DNA of 64,000 nucleotides from Vicinamibacterales bacterium (GTDB lineage Bacteria; Acidobacteriota; Vicinamibacteria; Vicinamibacterales; UBA8438). The DNA is taken from contig OZ220718.1 in NCBI GenBank assembly GCA_965116765.1, positions 1,391,672 to 1,455,671 on the forward strand, in the 5' to 3' direction. A program made the translations under genes and the position numbers. Below the pieces are notes generated by a model, which ran no database searches, was not told the origin of the DNA, and was given only the letters and a program-made list of their open reading frames with translations. How positions within the stretch are numbered: the stretch's first letter is position 1; the number at the start of each line of letters is the position of its first letter. This document shows positions 58,914 through 64,000 of this stretch, piece after piece.

Positions 58914-61810
58914 GTGAGCGACGGCCTGCAGCGCGATCTCGAGGCGTGCATCGACGGCGAGGTGCGCTTCGACCGCATCAGCCGCTCGCTCTACTCGACC
59001 GACGCCAGCGTCTACCAGATCGAGCCCACCGGCGTCGTGGTCGTCCGCAACCGCGACGACGTGCTGCGCACCATCGGGATCGCGCGCCGGCACGGGGTGT
59101 CGATCACGGCGCGGGGCGGCGGCACGTCGCAGGCGGGCCAGGCCATCGGCGAGGGGCTGCAGCTCGACACGTCCCGGTTCTTCAACCGGGTGCTCGAGGT
59201 GAACCCCGAGGAGCGGTGGGCGCGCATCGAGCCCGGCATCGTCCTCGACGAGCTGAACGCCCACCTCGCGCCCCACCGGCTGCGCTTCGCCCCCGACATC
59301 TCGACCGCCAACCGGGCCACCGTCGGCGGCATGATCAGCAACAACTCGAGCGGCGCGCGCTCGGTGCTGTACGGCAAGACCATCGACCACGTGCTCGACC
59401 TGCACGTGGCCCTGAGCGACGGGTCCGTCGCCCACCTGCGCCCCCTCGCCCCGGACGAGCTCGAGGCGGCGTGCGCGGCCGACACCCTCGAGGGCGCCTG
59501 CTACCGGACGGTGCGCGAGCTGGCGCCGGCCCACGCGGCCGAGATCGACCGCCGCTATCCGAAGATCCTGCGCCGCGTCGGCGGCTACAACCTGGACCGG
59601 TTCACCGACCCGGCCCGGCCGTTCAACCTGGCAGAGCTGATCGTCGGCTCCGAGGGCACCCTCGGCCTCGTGGTCGAGGCGCGGGTGAACCTGGTGCCCC
59701 TGCCCGACGCCAAGGCGGTGCTCGCCCTCGAGTTCGACGATCTCCTCGACGCCCTCGGGGCCACCCCCGCGATCCTCGAGCACCGGCCGTCGGCGGTCGA
59801 GGTCATGGACCGCTTCATCCTCGACCACGCCCGCGAGAGCCCGTCCCTCGACGCCCTGCGCCGGGCGGTGCTGCAGGGCGACGAGACGCCGGGCGCCCTC
59901 CTCTGCGTCGAGCTCTACGCCGACGACGCGGCCGAGCTGCCCGGCCGCCTCGAGGCCATCGAGAAGGACCTCGCCGGGCGGGGCGTCGCGTGCCGCACGT
60001 CGCGGGCCCTCGACGCCGCCGCCCAGGCCCGCATCTGGCGCCTGCGGCAGTCGTCGCTGGGGCTGTCGATGGCGATGAAGGGCGACGCCAAGAGCATCTC
60101 CTTCGTCGAGGACACCGCGGTGGCCCCGGCGCGGCTGCGCGACTACATCGCCCGCTTCCTGGAAATCGTGAAGCGCCACGGCAGCACCACCGGCGTCTAC
60201 GCCCACGCCTCGGTCGGGTGCCTGCACGTGCGCCCCGTCGTCAACATGAAGACCGAGGCGGGGGTGCGCCAGTTCGAGGCCATCGCCGACGACATCGCCG
60301 AGCTGGTGCTGGAGTACGGCGGCGCCCTCTCGGGCGAGCACGGCGACGGGCTGGTGCGCGGCCCGTTCATGGCGCGCATGTTCGGCCCCGAGCTCTACGA
60401 GGCGTTCCGCGCCGTCAAGCGCACGTTCGACCCGGCGGGGCTCTTCAACCCCGGCAAGATCGTCGACGCGCCCCCCCTCACCGCCAACCTCCGCTACGGC
60501 CCCGAGTACCGCACCCCGCAACCGGAGGGCTTCTTCGACTACGCGGCGTTCGGGGGCCTCGGGCGCGCGGTCGAGATGTGCAGCGGCGTCGGCGCGTGCC
60601 GGAAGACCCTGGACGGCACCATGTGCCCGTCCTACATGGCCACGCGCGACGAGACCCACTCGACGCGGGGGCGGGCCAACGCCCTGCGGTCGGCGATGAC
60701 CGGCCGCCTCGACGAGGCGGGGCTCGGCGACCGGGGGTGCACGACGCCCTCGACCTGTGCCTGGAGTGCCGGGCGTGCAAGGCGGAGTGCCCGGTCGGCG
60801 TGGACATGGCGCGGTTCAAGGCGGAGTTTCTCGCCGACTACCACGCCCGGCACGGGACCCCGCTGCGAGCCCGGCTGCTCGGGCACATCCGCGAGCTGTC
60901 GGCGGCGGCGAGCCCGCTGGCGCGGCTCGTCAATCCGTGGCTCGGGATGTCGTGGGTCCGTGGCCTGAACGAGCGGCTGCTGGGGCTCGACCGCCGCCGG
61001 GCGCTGCCGCGGTGGGCGACCCGCACCCTGCGGGCGCAGTGGGGCGCGCGTTCTCGTCCCCGCCAACGGCAACGGCTCGTCCGTCGTCCTGTTCGCCGAC
61101 ACCTTCACCAACTATTACCACCCGGAGATCGGCATGGCGGCGGCGACCGTCTGCGACCGCGCGGGGGTCGGGGTCGCCCTCGGGCCGGACGCATGCTGCG
61201 GCCGCCCGCTCATCTCGCAGGGCCTGTTGCGCGAGGCGCGGCGCCGGGGCGAGGCAGCGGTGGCCCGCCTGCATCCGCTGGCCGCGGCGGGGCGGCCGAT
61301 CGTCGTCCTCGAGCCGAGCTGTTTGTCGTCCCTGCGCGACGACCTCCCGTCGCTGCTGCGCGGCGACGCCCAGCGGCAGGCGCGCGAAGTGGCGGACGCC
61401 TGCGTGCTGTTCGAGGAATGGCTCGAGAACGCGAGCTGAGCGCCGGCACCATCGACCTCGACCTGCAGCCCGGCCCCGAACGGCTGCTGCTGCACGGGCA
61501 CTGCCACCAGAAGTCGCTGGGCCTCCTGCCGCCGGCCCGGGCCCTGCTGTCGCGCGTCCCCGGCGCCGAGGTGGTGGACCTCGACGCCGGCTGCTGCGGC
61601 ATGGCCGGCTCCTTCGGCTACGCCACCGAGCACTTCGACATCTCGCGCCGCATCGGCGAGCGGCGCCTGCTGCCCGCCGCCCGCGCCCTCGGCCCGAACG
61701 AGCGACTGGTCGCGGCCGGCGTGTCCTGCCGCCACCAGGTGCACGACCTCGCGGACGCGCACGCGGTGCACCCGGCGCAGCTGCTCGCGGAGCTGCTGCC
61801 CCCGGCGTGA
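58914..61810 (+). pseudogene. FAD-linked oxidase fused to a 4Fe-4S/CCG-domain module (GlcD-GlcF type), about 3 frameshifts as assembled
   Basis: FAD domain: LYSTDASVYQIEPTGVVVVRNRDDV...ITARGGGTSQAGQ...RATVGGMISNNSSG. Fe-S: CSGVGACRK...CPSY and DLCLECRACKAECPVGVD. CCG motifs: CCGRP and CCGMAGSFG. Frame changes lie near 60733-60738, 61040-61050 and 61425-61432. Confidence 0.8.
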
Positions 61811-61890
61811 CCGACCGGCCGGTCGAAAAGCGTGACACTCGGGCGGAACCGACGGACGTGATGGACGTTGACGAAGCAGGCTGACCGCAA

Positions 61891-62685
61891 ATGACATCGA
61901 TCCTCTTTGCACGACACTCGAACCTGGCGCTTCTCGTGTTCACCCTCATCGTGCAGGCGGCCCTTGCCCAATCTCCCGCCCGCCTGCTGGTAACGGTGAC
62001 GGACGAGGACGGCGCACCGGTGGCGGGCCTCACGCGGGAGGACTTCACGGCGCGCGCCGGCGATGCGGAGCTCGACGTCCTGGACGCGGAGCCGGCGTCC
62101 CCGGCCGTGCAGATCGTCGCCGTCTTCGACAACCTCGCGGTGACCCAGCGGCAGCTCAACGCCGGCATCGCCCGCCTCATCGGGGCCCTCGACGACGAGA
62201 GCATCCTCGACATGCAGAGCGTCGACGGCGAGCTCGACGCGGCCCTCGTCGAGGCGGTCGACGACCTGCACGCTCGCGGCGCGGCCCGCCCCGTCATCGT
62301 CATGCTGGGTCAGGCCAGCGAGATGGCCCGCTCCGAGCTTCAGTCCTCGCAGGTGCGCGGCCGACGGCGCGCGGCCGACCTGTCGGGCGACGTCGACGGG
62401 CTCGTGGACCTGCTCACCACCCACGGGATGCTGTTCTCCGGGGTCTCCGTCACCGACGTCCCCCTCCCCAATCTCGAGCGGCTCGCCGCCGCCACCGGCG
62501 GCCGCTTCGAGCGCATCGAGGATCCCGCGGCGCTGGGAGACACCCTCGCCGGCATCGGCCGGGAGCTGGGAACGCAGTACCTGTTGACCCTCGCACCCGC
62601 CACGGAGGAAGCGCCGGCGCCTCACGTGGACGTGCGCAGGGACGGCCTCAGCACTCGCGCAGCGCCCTTCGCACACCGGCCCTAG
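61891..62685 (+). CDS. small VWFA-related Acidobacterial-domain-like secreted protein
   Basis: 264 aa with a signal peptide. ARLLVTVTDEDGAPVAGLTREDFTARAGDAELDVLDAE resembles the N-terminal module of 47947..49904. The stop codon lies inside repeat copy B. Confidence 0.6.
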   Translation: MTSILFARHSNLALLVFTLIVQAALAQSPARLLVTVTDEDGAPVAGLTREDFTARAGDAELDVLDAEPASPAVQIVAVFDNLAVTQRQLNAGIARLIGALDDESILDMQSVDGELDAALVEAVDDLHARGAARPVIVMLGQASEMARSELQSSQVRGRRRAADLSGDVDGLVDLLTTHGMLFSGVSVTDVPLPNLERLAAATGGRFERIEDPAALGDTLAGIGRELGTQYLLTLAPATEEAPAPHVDVRRDGLSTRAAPFAHRP

Positions 62686-62769
62686 CCCGCCCATCGTCGC
62701 CTTCGGCTCCGCTGGGCGCCCAACCAACCCTGCTAGAAGTCTGCACCGTTCTACGGCGCAGACTCCTAG
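62681..62769. repeat. 89-nt dispersed repeat, copy B
   Basis: Matches 33234..33322. It starts cctagcccgcccatcgtcgcc and ends gcgcagactcctag. The TAG at 62683-62685 is the stop codon of CDS 61891..62685. Confidence 0.85.
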
Positions 62770-63130
62770 CCGCCGTCGCCCCTCCCTGGGCTTCGCTGTC
62801 CCCTTCCCTCGTCGGCTCCTCACGACGCGGTGCATCCGCAAACATCGACGCATCATCGATGCTAACAGCCCGTGGCGAAAGTCCCCGCTGCATTCGAGCG
62901 GCGATGCATCCCGCGTGACTGCGTTGCTCCTCGGTCGAATATGCCCAATATTCTCCCTCGTCGCGCCTTGTCAGGCGGGCGCCTCGCCGCTCTCGGTGCA
63001 ACGCGGGGTTTGTAGAGTCGACGACTGGCGCGGTGGCGGTAGGCGGACGGGGGTAGCTGTTCCCGGCGGCTTTCGCCCGCTGCCGGTGCCTCACTCCTCG
63101 CCATGGCTCCGTTTCCAGTCGCCGCTCATC

Positions 63131-63163
63131 GAACCGGACGAGCGGATTTCCCGCATCCGGCTC
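63131..63163 (-). ncRNA. group II intron domain V
   Basis: The minus strand reads GAGCCGGAUGCGGGAAAUCCGCUCGUCCGGUUC, against the consensus GAGCCGUAUGCGAUGAAAGUCGCACGUACGGUUC. The AGC triad, GAAA loop and 3'-strand bulge are in place. It begins about 10 nt downstream of the IEP stop. Confidence 0.85.
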
Positions 63164-63173
63164 TCGGACGAGA

Positions 63174-64000
63174 TCATGCCTTCGCCCACGGAAAGCTCGC
63201 CGTTCGCAACCCAAGGCGCGTGAGCCCGTAGTCGGACCAGAGCCGCATGGCCGGGAATCGCACCTCCTTCCCGGTCCGCACCTGGTGCTTGCGACAGAGC
63301 CATTGGCGCAGCCGCCGGGTCGCGTGCCGGTCGACCGCCTCGTAGGCCGGGCTGACCTGCCCCAGGGTGAAGTAGTTCGCCCATCCCGTCAACAGACGGT
63401 TCAGGCGCGCCACCACAACGCCCGGCGGCAGGTGCCCACTACGCGGCGTCGTCAGTTCGCTCACGCGGCGGCAGATGCTCTGGACGCTCGCCGAGCTCGG
63501 GCGCGTGCCGATGTAGGCGGCTCCCGTGGTCGGTCGATAGTTGCGCCCAATCCGGTAGCCGAGGAACGTCATCGGTTCCTCCGGCACCCGGCAGCAGCGG
63601 GTCTTCTCGGCGTTCATCGGCAGCTTCAGTCGCTTCATCAGTCCCTCGACTGCCGCCAGCATCATCGATGCCGGCGCTCGGCCGAGCACCGCGAAGTCGT
63701 CCGCATAGTTGACGATTTCCGCTCCGAAGCACCGGGCGTACCCCAGCACCTTCCAGCCCCGGATGAAGCGACGCATGTAGACGTTGCTGAACAGCGGCGA
63801 AATCGGCGCCCCTTGCGGGGTACCCTTCCGCTCGCGTCGCGCACGGTTCGTCCGGCGGCGTCCGCCCCGACCGTCGTCCTCCTCGACCGCCATCTCCAGC
63901 CACGCCTTGACCCACCCCAACAGCCGACCGTCGCTCACGCGACGGGCGACCGATTTCAGCAGGTCCGCGTGCGGGATTTCGCCGAAGTAGTTCGTCAGGT
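63174..64000 (-). CDS. group II intron reverse transcriptase/maturase, C-terminal part (5' end outside the window)
   Basis: The frame is open to the right edge. Motifs: YFGEIPHADLL, GTPQGAPISPLFSNVYM, the YADD box (NYADDFAV), and the maturase X domain RLNRLLTGWANYFTLG. No HNH/En domain is seen before the stop at 63174. Confidence 0.9.
   Translation of the reverse strand, partial: LTNYFGEIPHADLLKSVARRVSDGRLLGWVKAWLEMAVEEDDGRGGRRRTNRARRERKGTPQGAPISPLFSNVYMRRFIRGWKVLGYARCFGAEIVNYADDFAVLGRAPASMMLAAVEGLMKRLKLPMNAEKTRCCRVPEEPMTFLGYRIGRNYRPTTGAAYIGTRPSSASVQSICRRVSELTTPRSGHLPPGVVVARLNRLLTGWANYFTLGQVSPAYEAVDRHATRRLRQWLCRKHQVRTGKEVRFPAMRLWSDYGLTRLGLRTASFPWAKA

Larger units (their letters stand above)
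63085..64000 (-). mobile_element. group II intron, 3' portion (3' boundary approximate)
   Basis: IEP ORF plus domain V. Domain VI and the 3' splice site should lie within about 40-50 nt downstream of domain V (about 63085-63128), but I could not fold them confidently. Confidence 0.7.

Noticed and set aside
62770-63130. Assigning domain VI and the exact 3' splice site of the group II intron, and linking the 89-nt repeat to the intron
   Set aside because: I could not fold a convincing domain VI with a bulged A by eye. The 89-nt repeat lies about 300 nt beyond any plausible intron end and also occurs at 33.2 kb without an intron, so I treat it as independent.

Overview
This is a very GC-rich (about 70%) chromosomal segment, densely coding on both strands. 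I recognised no rRNA, tRNA or CRISPR array. Two marker families (an ADOP-type duplicated FtsX permease and two VWFA-related Acidobacterial-domain proteins) point to an Acidobacteriota-like organism.

Most of the window encodes secreted or periplasmic oxidative functions, organised as expanded paralogue families:
- three PQQ dehydrogenases plus a PQQ-like beta-propeller protein
- a di-haem cytochrome c next to a methanol/ethanol-type PQQ alcohol dehydrogenase
- two copies of a cassette made of a haem-c/PHM-like copper monooxygenase and an Ig-like partner
- two tandem-lipocalin lipoproteins
- four copies of an uncharacterised secreted family (PWGxPDLxGxW ... ACHEGNY), one pair in an operon with a DUF6152 protein

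Other genes include prolyl oligopeptidase, dienelactone hydrolase, a molybdopterin oxidoreductase, gluconolactonase, PPK2, a class-V aminotransferase, an ABC-2 exporter, an NRAMP transporter and a GlcD/GlcF-type FAD/Fe-S oxidoreductase.

Conflict and mobile material is scattered through the window: an McrC-like gene paired with a P-loop-less McrB-N relic, four Uma2 nucleases, BrnT/BrnA, an RHH antitoxin, a Doc-like Fic protein and a partial group II intron.

The most interesting locus is at 25.8-30.5 kb. It contains an RtcR-like CARF/sigma-54 activator, a near-consensus sigma-54 promoter, a DUF3696 ABC-type ATPase and a PLD/MIT_C-like protein.

By manual frame tracking, about 26 single-base frameshifts interrupt otherwise well-conserved genes, and 15 of them fall in that locus. 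Their G/C homopolymer context makes assembly error at least as likely as true gene decay.
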